NCBI GenBank assembly: GCA_905182785.1
Contig: CAJJDF010000020.1
Location: 3,177-67,176, forward strand
Source: an uncultured Flavobacteriales bacterium
Lineage (GTDB): Bacteria; Bacteroidota; Bacteroidia; Flavobacteriales_D; CAJJDF01
Direction: 5' to 3'
Length of the DNA: 64,000 nucleotides
In this document: positions 27,876 to 38,287 of the stretch, in pieces
Layout of the letters: each line of letters starts with the position of its first letter
Position numbering within the stretch: position 1 is the first letter of the stretch
Made by a program: the position numbers and the translations under genes
Notes under the pieces: generated by a model
Seen by the model: the letters and a program-made list of their open reading frames with translations, nothing else
Database searches by the model: none
Told to the model about the DNA's origin: nothing

Positions 27876-29789
27876 TTATTTTCCTAGTGAGTATACAGCT
27901 TCTTTATTTATTACAACATTGTATTTAGCTTTTAAGCTTTTAATCCACTCTTCTTCTAAATATACTTGATAGTCAGAAATTACAGCTCCTCTTGTATCTT
28001 TTAGTTCTTTATTTCCAGAAGGTATTAATGCTTTTATTCTTACAAACACAAATTTTCCGTTTTCAATTACTGGTTGTGAAACACCCAAAGTTGGTGGAAA
28101 TTTTTCAAGTATTTTTTTCTCTTCTACTTCATATTTTCCTTGCTCCAAAGAAAGATTTAATCTTGAAGTTTTGTTTAAATTATTCATTATTTCAAGAGAA
28201 GTAACATTCTTGTCTTTAGCCATTTTGTTTGCTTCAAAAATAACATCTTTTTTTGCTGAGGTATATATTTCTACATCTTGTCTAGCTTTCCATTGATATT
28301 TTTTTTGCTTCATTGAAAAGAACTCTTTAAGTCCGGTTGTATCTTTACTTGATTTGTTCCAAACTTTTTGATCAGAGATTTCAAACAATAAGATACCATC
28401 TTTAAACTGTTGCATCAATGCTTTATAATCAGGATACTTATCGTAAAGAATAGATTTTTCGTATTGAAAGATATAGCTATTTGTATAGTCTTTGTAAAAT
28501 GCTTCGATATCTTGTTGAGAGTTTGCAGGTATTTTTGAAAGAAAATCTTTAAAATCTGAAACTGTTACTTTGGTATATTTTTTAAAAAAACCTTCTTCCT
28601 TTTTAAATTTAAAAGCAATTTTAGAATCGTTAATATCTAATTTTGATTCTACTTTAGGGTTGTAAGAATTTTTGATCCAGCGTTTTGATTTGTCTTTAAA
28701 TCGGTATTCTTTCTTTAATTTATTTACAAAAAATTCAGTAGATTTTTTACTTCTTTCACCTCTAGAGATATTGTTTTCAATTTCTGGCTTAAGTTTTTCG
28801 TATGTCCCAATCTCTTCGAGCTCAAGCATTTTTATTATGTGCCATCCATAAGAGGTAAGAAAAGGTTCAGAAATATCTCCTTTATTTTTCAATGAAAAAG
28901 CAACATCTTCAAATTCAGGAACCATTCTTCCAGAAGTAAACCAATCTAATTCTCCCCCTTTTTGTGCAGAAGTATTATCATCTGAGTATTCTCTTGCAAA
29001 GTCCTCAAAAGATTTATTTTTTGCTTTTACTAAACTATAAATTTCTTCAATTTTCACTCTAGCATTTTCCTTCGCATTTTCATCTCCTTCTTTTGGGATT
29101 TTAGAATAGATATGAGCTACTTTAACTCTTCCTTTGTTCTTTCTTTTATCGTATACTTTTATTAAGTGATGACCAAATTTAGTTTTTACAGGCATAGAAA
29201 TATCGCCTACTTTTGTTGTGTATGCAGCTTCCTCAAATAAGTAAAGCATTTGAAAAACAGTAAAATAACCTAAGCTCCCTTTGTTGTCTTTTACAGAAGG
29301 ATCTTGGGAGTATTTTGCAGCAGCAGCTTCAAAATCTCCAGACTTTATAATTTCTGCTCTTATTTCTAGTGCTTTTTTATAAGTATCACCTCCTTTTGTA
29401 ATTAATATATGACTCGCTTTTATTTCATATTTCTTTCTCTCGTAAGCTTCTTGTATTAAGCTTTCAGTTGCTTCAGAATCTGACAAATATTTTTCAGCAG
29501 ATTTATTCACATAACCATTCAGTTCATTTTTTAACCTTTTAATAGTGTCAAACCCCATTTCTTCTGCCTCAAATACTTTCAGTTTATATTTTACAAAAAT
29601 ATCTAAGTAATCATCCATTGAAGCTTTGTCAAACTTTGGTTCATTATTGTTTTGAGTATAAATAGATAAGAATTCATTTTTTCTTATTTCTTTACCATCT
29701 ATTGTGATAAGAACTGGATTTATTTCTTGTGCCATTGAGACCAATGAAAATAGAGTGATTGAAAGGGCAACTAAAATTGATTTTTTCAT
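27876..29789 (-). CDS. Periplasmic peptidyl-prolyl isomerase / chaperone (SurA/PpiD-like, parvulin type)
   Basis: 637 aa with a signal peptide and two parvulin-like segments (ASHILI..; VAHIYS..GGELDWF..GWHIIK). Confidence 0.8.
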   Translation of the reverse strand: MKKSILVALSITLFSLVSMAQEINPVLITIDGKEIRKNEFLSIYTQNNNEPKFDKASMDDYLDIFVKYKLKVFEAEEMGFDTIKRLKNELNGYVNKSAEKYLSDSEATESLIQEAYERKKYEIKASHILITKGGDTYKKALEIRAEIIKSGDFEAAAAKYSQDPSVKDNKGSLGYFTVFQMLYLFEEAAYTTKVGDISMPVKTKFGHHLIKVYDKRKNKGRVKVAHIYSKIPKEGDENAKENARVKIEEIYSLVKAKNKSFEDFAREYSDDNTSAQKGGELDWFTSGRMVPEFEDVAFSLKNKGDISEPFLTSYGWHIIKMLELEEIGTYEKLKPEIENNISRGERSKKSTEFFVNKLKKEYRFKDKSKRWIKNSYNPKVESKLDINDSKIAFKFKKEEGFFKKYTKVTVSDFKDFLSKIPANSQQDIEAFYKDYTNSYIFQYEKSILYDKYPDYKALMQQFKDGILLFEISDQKVWNKSSKDTTGLKEFFSMKQKKYQWKARQDVEIYTSAKKDVIFEANKMAKDKNVTSLEIMNNLNKTSRLNLSLEQGKYEVEEKKILEKFPPTLGVSQPVIENGKFVFVRIKALIPSGNKELKDTRGAVISDYQVYLEEEWIKSLKAKYNVVINKEAVYSLGK

Positions 29790-29855
29790 AATTTGCTTAC
29801 TGTATTTTTATTTTTGAAACGCTAATTTATTGTTTTTTTAGTTAATATGAAGTTA

Positions 29856-31322
29856 TTATTTTAAACTATAATTTGGAGCTTCTCTTGTAATCGTTACATC
29901 ATGTGGGTGACTTTCCACAATACTAGCAGAAGTAATTCTAGTAAATTTAGCTTCTTTTAAAGCTTCAACATTACCTGCACCACAATATCCCATTCCTGAT
30001 CTTAATCCACCAATTAATTGATGCATTACTTCACTTAAATCGCCTTTAAAAGCTACTCTTCCTGAGATTCCTTCAGGAACTAATTTTTTATCGTCACTTT
30101 CAGAATCTTGGAAATATCTATCTTTTGAACCTTTTTTCATTGCTTCCAAAGATCCCATTCCTCTGTATGTTTTGAATTTTCTTCCTTGGTATATTACTGT
30201 TTCTCCTGGCGATTCTGCGACTCCAGCAAACATAGAACCAAGCATTACAGAACTTGCTCCAGCAGCAATTGCTTTTACAATGTCTCCTGTAAATCTTATT
30301 CCACCATCTGCAATAACAGGAATTCCTGTTCCTTTTAGTTCTTCTGCTACATCCATTATAGCTGATAATTGTGGTACACCAACTCCTGCAATGATTCTAG
30401 TTGTGCAAATTGATCCAGGACCAATTCCTACTTTTACTGCATCTGCTCCATGGTCTGCCAAAAATCTAGCAGCTTCTGCTGTAGCTACATTTCCTACGAT
30501 TACTTGTAATTCTGGGAATGCTTTTTTTACTAATACCAATTTATCAGCAACACCTTGTGAATGTCCGTGAGCTGTATCAATTACAATCGCATCTACTCCA
30601 GCTCCCACCAAAGCAGTAACTCTTTCAATGGTATCATTTGTAACACCTACGGCTGCACCCACTCTTAATCTTCCGTGTTCGTCTTTACACGAGTTTGGGT
30701 GTTTTTTTACTTTTATAATGTCTCTGTACGTAATTAATCCTGTTAATTTATACGATTTATCAACTATAAGTAATTTTTCAATTTTATGTTCTTGCAGTAT
30801 TTTTTCTGCTTTTAAAAGAGAGATTTCATTCAAAGCGGTAACCAAATTTCCTGAAGTCATTACTTCCGTAATTTTTTTATCTCTTTGTTTCTCAAATCTT
30901 AAATCACGATTTGTAACAATTCCTTTCAAAGTTCCAGCTTCATCAATAATTGGAATTCCTCCAATTTTAAATTCTGCCATCAAATTTAAAGCTTCTCCCA
31001 CATTTGCTTTTTCTGATAACGTAACAGGATCTTGTATCATTCCGCTTTCGCTTCTTTTTACTTTTCTTACTTCTTTGGCTTGTTGAGCCGCAGTCATGTT
31101 TTTGTGAATGATACCAATTCCTCCTTGTTGCGCAATAGCAATAGCCAATTCCGATTCTGTTACTGTATCCATAGCAGCAGAAAGGATGGGCGTATTTAAC
31201 GAGATGTTTTTGGTGAATTTTGATTCAAGTGTTACTGCATTTGGTAGAACATTTGAATAAGCTGGGATAAGAAGTACATCATCATAGGTAAGTCCTTCTT
31301 TCACAATTTTAGAATTTAACAT
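29856..31322 (-). CDS. guaB: IMP dehydrogenase
   Basis: TIM barrel with a CBS-pair insert and catalytic loop GIGPGSICTTR. Confidence 0.95.
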   Translation of the reverse strand: MLNSKIVKEGLTYDDVLLIPAYSNVLPNAVTLESKFTKNISLNTPILSAAMDTVTESELAIAIAQQGGIGIIHKNMTAAQQAKEVRKVKRSESGMIQDPVTLSEKANVGEALNLMAEFKIGGIPIIDEAGTLKGIVTNRDLRFEKQRDKKITEVMTSGNLVTALNEISLLKAEKILQEHKIEKLLIVDKSYKLTGLITYRDIIKVKKHPNSCKDEHGRLRVGAAVGVTNDTIERVTALVGAGVDAIVIDTAHGHSQGVADKLVLVKKAFPELQVIVGNVATAEAARFLADHGADAVKVGIGPGSICTTRIIAGVGVPQLSAIMDVAEELKGTGIPVIADGGIRFTGDIVKAIAAGASSVMLGSMFAGVAESPGETVIYQGRKFKTYRGMGSLEAMKKGSKDRYFQDSESDDKKLVPEGISGRVAFKGDLSEVMHQLIGGLRSGMGYCGAGNVEALKEAKFTRITSASIVESHPHDVTITREAPNYSLK

Positions 31323-31399
31323 AGTAGTTTGATTTTCTTTAATTGCATGCGAAGATACGGTATTATGTTGTTTTTTTATAAATTAGACTAAAAAAACTT

Positions 31400-33019
31400 C
31401 TATTTTTTTATAAATTTATTTACATATTGGATGTTATCAATAGAATACCTTACTAAATACAATCCCTTCGGCAGGTTTCCTAAATTTTTAATTTTAAAAA
31501 ATTTATTGTTAGAGTAAGTCATCTCATTGTGAACTAGAACTCCACTCACACTATAAATACTGAATTTAATTAATTGATTACTACTTTGCTTTAATTGAAT
31601 AGTTAACTCATTTTTTACAGGATTTGGATATATGTTATGTGATTCTCGTCTCTCTATTTCATTTATAGAAACAAAACTCTCTTTATAGACTCTAACATAA
31701 TCAATAATCAATGTATCTTTTGTGAAACTACTAGCTATACTGGGTTGTATTGCAAAATTGAGTAGTAAATATTGTTCTTTATCAAAAGGCCAGGTACTTG
31801 CATCTTTTATTACTGGATTGTAGGTGTAATGGATGGTGTTGTCAACACTGAAAACCATTTTATCTTTAGTCCATTCTAATGTATAAACATGAAAATTAGA
31901 AGATGCAGTTTGAATTGATTGACCGCCATGATTTACAGTTGCACCAAAACTGGATGGTGTGTGCATAGCGCTTTGAACAAAGTTTTGATTGCCTCCCCAA
32001 TGTTCCATAATATCTATTTCTCCACAAGCTGGCCAAGTGGTTGTTCCATGTCCTTGAGTTTGAAAATATGCTCCTGCCTCATTGATGTTTTTCCCTAATG
32101 TCCAAATTGCTGGCCAAGTTCCAACTCCTGAAGGTAGTTTTGCTCTTACTTCTACTTTACCATATTTAAACGCAAATTTAGAATTCAATCGAGCAGAAGT
32201 ATAATTTTTGGTTTGACCCTGATCAGAAAAAACTTCCTTTTTTGCAATAATGTTCAAGTTCCCATTACTAACAATAGAGTTATTTATTCGATTTGTATAG
32301 TGTTGTTGTTCTCCATTGAACCAACTCCCAGATCCGGGTAATTGAGTCTGATGAAACCAATTTACATTACTTATTGCTCCATTAGCATTGAATTCATCAG
32401 ACCAAACCAATTGATTAAAAGTTGGACCCACGACAACTGTATCGTAATAAATAAAGTCATCTATATAAGCTATTAATTGATCTGTATTGTTTTCTCCATT
32501 TACTTGAATAAGTACTCGATTAAAATCTGTTCTTAGAATTGGAGCTGGCGAACTTGCATCAAAATTTATATAAGGATCGTTTGCAAAATCAAAAGTGACA
32601 GTTTGCCATTGGTTTAGTATAATGTTTTTTATTACTTCAGTCTGATTAGACCAAGGAGAAGTTAGATTCCCATTTTGTAATTTTAGAGAAACTTGGTTGT
32701 TTTGTGTTCCTGTTATTCCAGAAGAAGGAACATATATTTTTAATGAAATAACATTGTTTTGAGATAGATTGAGATTTCTTCCAATATCAAATTTCACATT
32801 TGCATAAGCGCTTCCATAATCATCATATTTTAATACTTTAGTAGAACTGTTTATTGCTGAAGAAAAAGGATTATTGAAGCTTGTATCAATATTACAATTG
32901 TCGCCCTCCCAAATTGAGATGTTTCCATAGCCATCAAAATTGTCTTGGAGTGTTTGACTTAAAACATTATTAGAAATAATTAGTAATAAAATAAATGGAA
33001 CTGAAATTAATCTATACAT
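31400..33019 (-). CDS. Glycoside hydrolase family 16 (beta-glucanase-like) with T9SS C-terminal sorting domain
   Basis: Signal peptide from the ATG at 33019 (MYRLISVPFILLLIISNNVLSQ) and GH16 catalytic motif GEIDIMEH. It has an N-terminal CBM-like region and a C-terminal T9SS sorting domain (IYPNPVKNELTI ... GLYLVRY). Confidence 0.8.
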   Translation of the reverse strand: MYRLISVPFILLLIISNNVLSQTLQDNFDGYGNISIWEGDNCNIDTSFNNPFSSAINSSTKVLKYDDYGSAYANVKFDIGRNLNLSQNNVISLKIYVPSSGITGTQNNQVSLKLQNGNLTSPWSNQTEVIKNIILNQWQTVTFDFANDPYINFDASSPAPILRTDFNRVLIQVNGENNTDQLIAYIDDFIYYDTVVVGPTFNQLVWSDEFNANGAISNVNWFHQTQLPGSGSWFNGEQQHYTNRINNSIVSNGNLNIIAKKEVFSDQGQTKNYTSARLNSKFAFKYGKVEVRAKLPSGVGTWPAIWTLGKNINEAGAYFQTQGHGTTTWPACGEIDIMEHWGGNQNFVQSAMHTPSSFGATVNHGGQSIQTASSNFHVYTLEWTKDKMVFSVDNTIHYTYNPVIKDASTWPFDKEQYLLLNFAIQPSIASSFTKDTLIIDYVRVYKESFVSINEIERRESHNIYPNPVKNELTIQLKQSSNQLIKFSIYSVSGVLVHNEMTYSNNKFFKIKNLGNLPKGLYLVRYSIDNIQYVNKFIKK

Positions 33020-33116
33020 GAGTTTATATTGCTTTTTGTTAAAAATACAATAACCATTTGAATATTTCAACTCAAAGAAGATTATTCTCAAGAAGTTCAG
33101 ATTTAACTGTCGAAAT

Positions 33117-34508
33117 TTAAAGTCTAAAAGTGATAAACCGAATTAATTTCCTTTTGAAATTAGTATAAGGTGGGGAAATTAGTTTAAGAGATGTGAGGCC
33201 AATTCTTTGTTTTAAAACTGCTCTTTGATTTGAGAATTCAATGAATCCATATTTTCCATGTGCTTTTCCAATTCCACTGTGATTTACTCCTCCAAACGGT
33301 AAATTGGGTTGAGCAAATTGTATGGTAGTTTCATTTATTGCCGTAGTTCCAGCACTGGAATTTTGTATAATGAAGTGTTGATTTTTTCTAGATTTAGAAA
33401 ACACATACAAAGCCAATGGTTTTTCTATTTCATTGATAGTTTTGATAGTTTCTTCCAATTTATTGAAAGTTAAAATAGGCAATAACGGACCAAAAATTTC
33501 ATCTTGAAAAACAGGAGAGTCTTTCGTAACATTAGTCAAAATAGAAGGAGAGAGGTAATTAATATCCTCCAACTTTCTTCCTCCGTATTTTAATTCTGCT
33601 CCCCTTTTTATTGACTCTTCTAACAGTGAATTTATCCTATCAAAATGATTCTTATTTACAATATGGCTTACCTCTGTGTTCTTTTTGGAGAACTGAATTT
33701 CAATTTGTTTGATTAATTCTTTTTCTAACTCTGATTTTTTGGATTCGTGTACATAAACATAGTTGGGAGCAATACATGTTTGACCTGAATTAAGAAATTT
33801 TCCCCACACAATTTTTTGTGCTGCATCTTTTATGTTTGCTGTTTCATCTACTATTGCAGGATTTCTTCCACCTAACTCCAAAGTCACAGAAGTTAAGTTC
33901 TCTGCTGCAGCTTTCATCACAATTTTTCCTACTTGCGGACTTCCTGTAAAGAAAATATGATCAAAAGGCAATTTCAATAATTCTTGAGAGACTAAATAAT
34001 CTCCAGTTATGGCTGTTACTTCTTGTTCCTGAAATAATTCTGCAATCATTTTTTTAATCAACTCGGCAGTATGTGGAGTATTTTCGGAAGGTTTTATTAT
34101 TGCTGTGTTTCCTGCTGTAATTGATGAAACTAGTGGTCCAATACACAAATTGAAAGGGTAATTCCATGGTGCAATAATTAATGTAACTCCTTTTGGTTCT
34201 ATAATTATTTTAGATTTTGAGCCTATAAAACCCAAAGGATTAGGGACTTTCTCTTCTCTCGTCCAATCATAAATATGATTAATTGCATGATTTATTTCAT
34301 CTAAAATTGGTTTTATTTCGGTCAATAAAACTTCTTCTGTTCCTTTATTAAAGTCTTTTTTTATTTCAGCACAAATTATTTTTTCATTTTTCTTAATCCA
34401 ATTTTTTAAAGTCTTCAATTTTTTTATTCTTGAAGAAATAGATTGCGCTCTTAATTCTTGAATAAAGAAAGTTTTTTGCGAATTGAAAATGGATTGATAG
34501 CTGTTCAT
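33117..34508 (-). CDS. NAD(P)-dependent aldehyde dehydrogenase (class 3-like)
   Basis: ELGG motif and catalytic Cys (GQTCIAPNY); 463 aa. Confidence 0.85.
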   Translation of the reverse strand: MNSYQSIFNSQKTFFIQELRAQSISSRIKKLKTLKNWIKKNEKIICAEIKKDFNKGTEEVLLTEIKPILDEINHAINHIYDWTREEKVPNPLGFIGSKSKIIIEPKGVTLIIAPWNYPFNLCIGPLVSSITAGNTAIIKPSENTPHTAELIKKMIAELFQEQEVTAITGDYLVSQELLKLPFDHIFFTGSPQVGKIVMKAAAENLTSVTLELGGRNPAIVDETANIKDAAQKIVWGKFLNSGQTCIAPNYVYVHESKKSELEKELIKQIEIQFSKKNTEVSHIVNKNHFDRINSLLEESIKRGAELKYGGRKLEDINYLSPSILTNVTKDSPVFQDEIFGPLLPILTFNKLEETIKTINEIEKPLALYVFSKSRKNQHFIIQNSSAGTTAINETTIQFAQPNLPFGGVNHSGIGKAHGKYGFIEFSNQRAVLKQRIGLTSLKLISPPYTNFKRKLIRFITFRL

Positions 34509-35743
34509 TCGTTTTCTTTTATAATTAATTCTCGCAACAGATTAATTGCAGCCAAAGCCGATTGAGAAATATTTCTTTCTCTGTTATTCCCAAAATTGAA
34601 TAGCTTAGAAACTACTGTTTTTTCATTTCTTACCGAAACCCATACTGAACCCACCGGTTTGTCTGGAGTTCCTCCAGATGGACCTGCAATTCCTGAAATA
34701 GAAATGGAATAATCTGTTCTGTATTTTTTTCTTATTTCATCACTTAATATTTCTACTATCTCTTTACTTACAGCTCCTTTTTGGAGTAATAAATCGTGAG
34801 GAACATTCAGTTCTTTTTCTTTTATATCGTAAGAATAACAAACGATAGAACCTTCATAGAACCTAGAGCTTCCCGATATTTTTGTGAATAAGTGAGACGC
34901 ATATCCGCCTGTGCAACTCTCGGCAAGAGAAAGCGTTTTCTTATTTTTGATTAATAAGTTGGCAACTGTTTCCTGCAAAGTAATTTTTCCTTCACCAAAA
35001 ATATATTGAGGAATTAATTGATACAATTTATCACAGAATTCATCTACCAATTTTTTGTTACCTGCGGTAGAAGTAACTCTTAATTTCACTAGTCCTGGAG
35101 AGGGTAAGTAAGCCATGTCTAAGCCATTTTCTCTCAGTTTATTCTCCCAATCTTCAATGATGTCTGCAAGGAACGATTCCCCAATTCCGTGGGTTAAAAC
35201 TGTTCTGTGTACCAATTCGCTAATTCCAAATTGTTCTTTTATTTTTGGAAACACTCCTTCTTTCATGAGATATTTCATTTCGTAAGGAACTCCGGGCATA
35301 GAAACAAAAACTTTTCCATTTCTTTCGAACCACATTCCAGATGCTGTCCCTACTAAATTCCTGAGAATTGTAGCTTTTTCTGGCAACAAGGCTTGCATGT
35401 TGTTTATTTCCAAGAAAGGTTTATTGCGAGTTTTGAAGTAGGCTTGAATATCTGACAACACTTCTTCATTAAGTACTAGTTTAGAATCAAAATAATCGCA
35501 CAATACTTTTTTTGTAATGTCGTCTTTGGTTGGGCCTAAGCCTCCAGTAATTAGAATCAAATTCGAACGAGATTCGGCTAATTTTAAGGATTCAGTAATT
35601 TCTTCATAAGAATCACTTATGGTGGTAGTTCTGTTATTTTTAATTCCAATCTTTGCTAATTCTTGTCCCATCCAAGTTGCATTGGTGTTGACTGTTTGGC
35701 CGATTAGTATTTCATCCCCTATGGAAATTATTTCTGTTTTCAT
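34505..35743 (-). CDS. cinA: CinA family protein (MoCF-like domain + NMN deamidase domain)
   Basis: N-terminus MKTEIISIGDEILIGQTVNTNATWM and a C-terminal PncC-like domain. It overlaps the ALDH gene by 4 nt. Confidence 0.85.
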   Translation of the reverse strand: MKTEIISIGDEILIGQTVNTNATWMGQELAKIGIKNNRTTTISDSYEEITESLKLAESRSNLILITGGLGPTKDDITKKVLCDYFDSKLVLNEEVLSDIQAYFKTRNKPFLEINNMQALLPEKATILRNLVGTASGMWFERNGKVFVSMPGVPYEMKYLMKEGVFPKIKEQFGISELVHRTVLTHGIGESFLADIIEDWENKLRENGLDMAYLPSPGLVKLRVTSTAGNKKLVDEFCDKLYQLIPQYIFGEGKITLQETVANLLIKNKKTLSLAESCTGGYASHLFTKISGSSRFYEGSIVCYSYDIKEKELNVPHDLLLQKGAVSKEIVEILSDEIRKKYRTDYSISISGIAGPSGGTPDKPVGSVWVSVRNEKTVVSKLFNFGNNRERNISQSALAAINLLRELIIKENE

Positions 35744-35863
35744 TTATTAGTTTTGGTGAACTAAATGTACGAAATGTTATAATGAGAATAAAAATTTAGG
35801 GTTCATATTTTATTTAATGATTAATATTTTGAAAACACTTTTTTTGTCAAGATTAATAAAGGA

Positions 35864-37207
35864 TTATTTTTTTATTACAACCTTAAAAGTCTTTACATTA
35901 TTCTCATTAGAAATTTTTACCAAATAAATTCCTGCGTAAACTGTTTCAATGTCAAAATAGGCGATTGTTTGTCCTTTATTGATTTTAGATTGTTTGATTC
36001 GTTTTCCGTTTATGTTATACAAAGCAATATCAAAATCATATTTTATCAAATCATTAAATTGAATCGCAATTAAATCGGATGCTGGATTTGGAAAGACAGT
36101 AACCTTTAATTTTTCAAATTCATTTTTATTTATTCCCACAGTAGAGGTGTAAGGAGTTGTTCCGCTTGGGACAGAAGTGACTTTTGCATTGGCATAAACG
36201 CCATAAAATGTTGGCCCCACCACATAAGGGTAAGCCGAGTTGTGGTTGGTATCTACAGTTGCAAAATAAGCATAAGTTCCATTTGGATATTCGGGTGTTT
36301 TACACCATCTTCCATTGTGTTCGTCCAAATAAGTTAAATCTGTAGGATGAGCTATAAATTGGTAGTCTTCTCTAAAATAGCCATTAAAATAAGTGGTATT
36401 CACAGCAGGACCATTTGTTCTTGTGGTTGCAGTGTTTAATTGGTACCCAGATTTAATTCTTACGATTGCACCAGTTCCATTTGTGTCTGCAAAGCCATAA
36501 GCTCCATAAACTGGGAATCCATCATAGGCAAATCCAATAAGTGGTGAATGAGAACTAGAGTCTATTGTATACAATCCATCTGCATCATATAAATTGCAAA
36601 TTGTAGAGATAACTACTTTGTCTAGTTTAAAAGCACTTGGGTTTTGATGGTGGTGGTAATTTCCCCTTGCAGGATGTCCTTTGGAGCAATCGAAACCTCC
36701 TTTTTCTGCTGGGATTGCATCACGGTTCCAATCTTGTGTTGCCATTGGTCCTCCTGGGCAAGGTGGATTTCCTGGTCCGCCACAAAGTGCGCTTGTTGCA
36801 TTGTTCCAAGCTACTCCATCTCGGTAATCAAATAGAGCTACTCCATTAATAAAAACACCAATATTACCTCCAGTGGTTGCAGTTTTTGTTCCTGTGTTTT
36901 CAACAGGGGCTAATGGGAATTTAAAAATAGCATTTTGATCGGATGCAAGGGAAGGATTTCCATCTAAAAAAGGACCTGTAGGATAAGCTGGAATTCCTTT
37001 GGTAGATACATACACATCTGTAGTATTATACTGAACAGATTGACAGTTTATCAAAACATTATTTGAAATAGCTAAAGAATTACCCGATACATAATAAGTT
37101 CCTAAAACAGTGTTGTTTTGTAACCAATCTGTTATTACTGGATTTGTTTGGCTATAGCTCATTGTTGCAATAAGGTAGGCTGTTATAATTAATATTATTT
37201 TTTTCAT
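35864..37207 (-). CDS. YHYH-domain protein with T9SS C-terminal sorting domain
   Basis: 447 aa with a signal peptide. It has two His-rich motifs typical of the YHYH family (CSKGHPARGNYHHHQNP and LDEHNGRWCKTPEYPNGTYAYF). A C-terminal T9SS sorting domain is present (VFPNPASDLIAI ... GIYLVKI). Confidence 0.65.
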   Translation of the reverse strand: MKKIILIITAYLIATMSYSQTNPVITDWLQNNTVLGTYYVSGNSLAISNNVLINCQSVQYNTTDVYVSTKGIPAYPTGPFLDGNPSLASDQNAIFKFPLAPVENTGTKTATTGGNIGVFINGVALFDYRDGVAWNNATSALCGGPGNPPCPGGPMATQDWNRDAIPAEKGGFDCSKGHPARGNYHHHQNPSAFKLDKVVISTICNLYDADGLYTIDSSSHSPLIGFAYDGFPVYGAYGFADTNGTGAIVRIKSGYQLNTATTRTNGPAVNTTYFNGYFREDYQFIAHPTDLTYLDEHNGRWCKTPEYPNGTYAYFATVDTNHNSAYPYVVGPTFYGVYANAKVTSVPSGTTPYTSTVGINKNEFEKLKVTVFPNPASDLIAIQFNDLIKYDFDIALYNINGKRIKQSKINKGQTIAYFDIETVYAGIYLVKISNENNVKTFKVVIKK

Positions 37208-37258
37208 AGGGCTTGTAATTTGCTGTAAATTTTATACTTAGTAGACGAGTTTAATTGT

Positions 37259-38287
37259 TTAATCCTTCTCCGGCAATAATATACTTCTTGGAAATTTATT
37301 TTTTGGGTTAAAAACAAACGCTTTATCATCCAAAGTTTTAAGAAAAGCTATTAAATCTACTTTTTCATTAGAAGAAAATGTAATTTTCTTTTTTAATTTG
37401 AGACTCAATGTTGGACTATCTTTTATTCCGTTTGTATAGTGATTTAGTACTTGGTTTAATTTGTTAAATCTTCCGTCATGCATGTAAGGGTATGAATAAC
37501 TTAAGTTTCTCAAACTAGGAATTTTAAACAGCATATTGTCTTCTGTTTTTTGAGTTATTCTTTTCCTTCCATAATCTGATAAAGTAGAATCAATAGGCAG
37601 TCCATTATTAGCAAATTGATAGCTAGAAAATAGCGGTTCGGTATGGCAAGAATTACAGTTTTGTTTAAATAATTTATATCCGTTTTGCTCTTTTGAAGAA
37701 AAGAATTTTTCTCCTGATTTTACTTGGTCGTATTTGGAATTTGCAGAAACTAAAGTCAATTGAAACTGAGTTAATGCTTTTAACATTAATTCTCCTGTAA
37801 TTTCTTTTGTGCCAAAAGCACTTTCAAATAATACGGGATAAATGGAGGATTTATTTAGTTTATCCACCACATTTTTTGTGGTTTCTCCCATTTCTCCTGC
37901 GTGATTTATTGGAGCTAATGCCTGCATATCCAAATGATTAATTGCTCCGTCCCACATGAAAGAACTGTGCCATGCTAGATTAAATAAAGCTGGGGCATTT
38001 CGTGTTCCAATGCTGTCGTATATGCCGTGGCTTAAATCGTGATCGGTATGAGCAAAAGCATTATAAGGCGAATGGCATGAAGAGCAAGAAATAGTATTGT
38101 CTTTGGATAAAATAGGATCATAAAATAAAGTTCTTCCTATTTCTATTTTATTTGAGTCTAATGGATTTTCTTCAAAATTATAAATGGGAGCAGGAAAATT
38201 AAGGGGAATTAACCCATCATATTTCATGCATTTGAAAGCAAATAAAAACAAGGAAAAGACTACTATAACAATCAGATTTTTATTCAT
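37259..38287 (-). CDS. Di-haem cytochrome c peroxidase family enzyme (CCP/MauG/MbnH-like)
   Basis: Signal peptide, two haem-c motifs (CSSCH, CNSCH) and a conserved PSLRN..PYMHDG segment. Confidence 0.85.
   Translation of the reverse strand: MNKNLIVIVVFSLFLFAFKCMKYDGLIPLNFPAPIYNFEENPLDSNKIEIGRTLFYDPILSKDNTISCSSCHSPYNAFAHTDHDLSHGIYDSIGTRNAPALFNLAWHSSFMWDGAINHLDMQALAPINHAGEMGETTKNVVDKLNKSSIYPVLFESAFGTKEITGELMLKALTQFQLTLVSANSKYDQVKSGEKFFSSKEQNGYKLFKQNCNSCHTEPLFSSYQFANNGLPIDSTLSDYGRKRITQKTEDNMLFKIPSLRNLSYSYPYMHDGRFNKLNQVLNHYTNGIKDSPTLSLKLKKKITFSSNEKVDLIAFLKTLDDKAFVFNPKNKFPRSILLPEKD

Noticed and set aside
30172-31086. Long antisense ORFs inside guaB. The same kind occurs inside pheT (20444-21523), the ABC genes (7563-9392), rng (1066-1269), lpxD (17547-18020), mrp (63462-63680) and others.
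   Set aside because: These are shadow ORFs opposite strongly supported genes. Their composition is typical of antisense translation (Ser/Pro/Phe/Ile-rich), and they have no motifs or independent signals.
33020-33091. The 24-codon N-terminal extension of the GH16 ORF given in the track. The 27-codon extension of lysS at 43800-43880 is similar.
   Set aside because: The extensions precede a canonical signal peptide (GH16) or the conserved LysS N-terminus. Internal ATGs at 33019 and 43799 give normal proteins.
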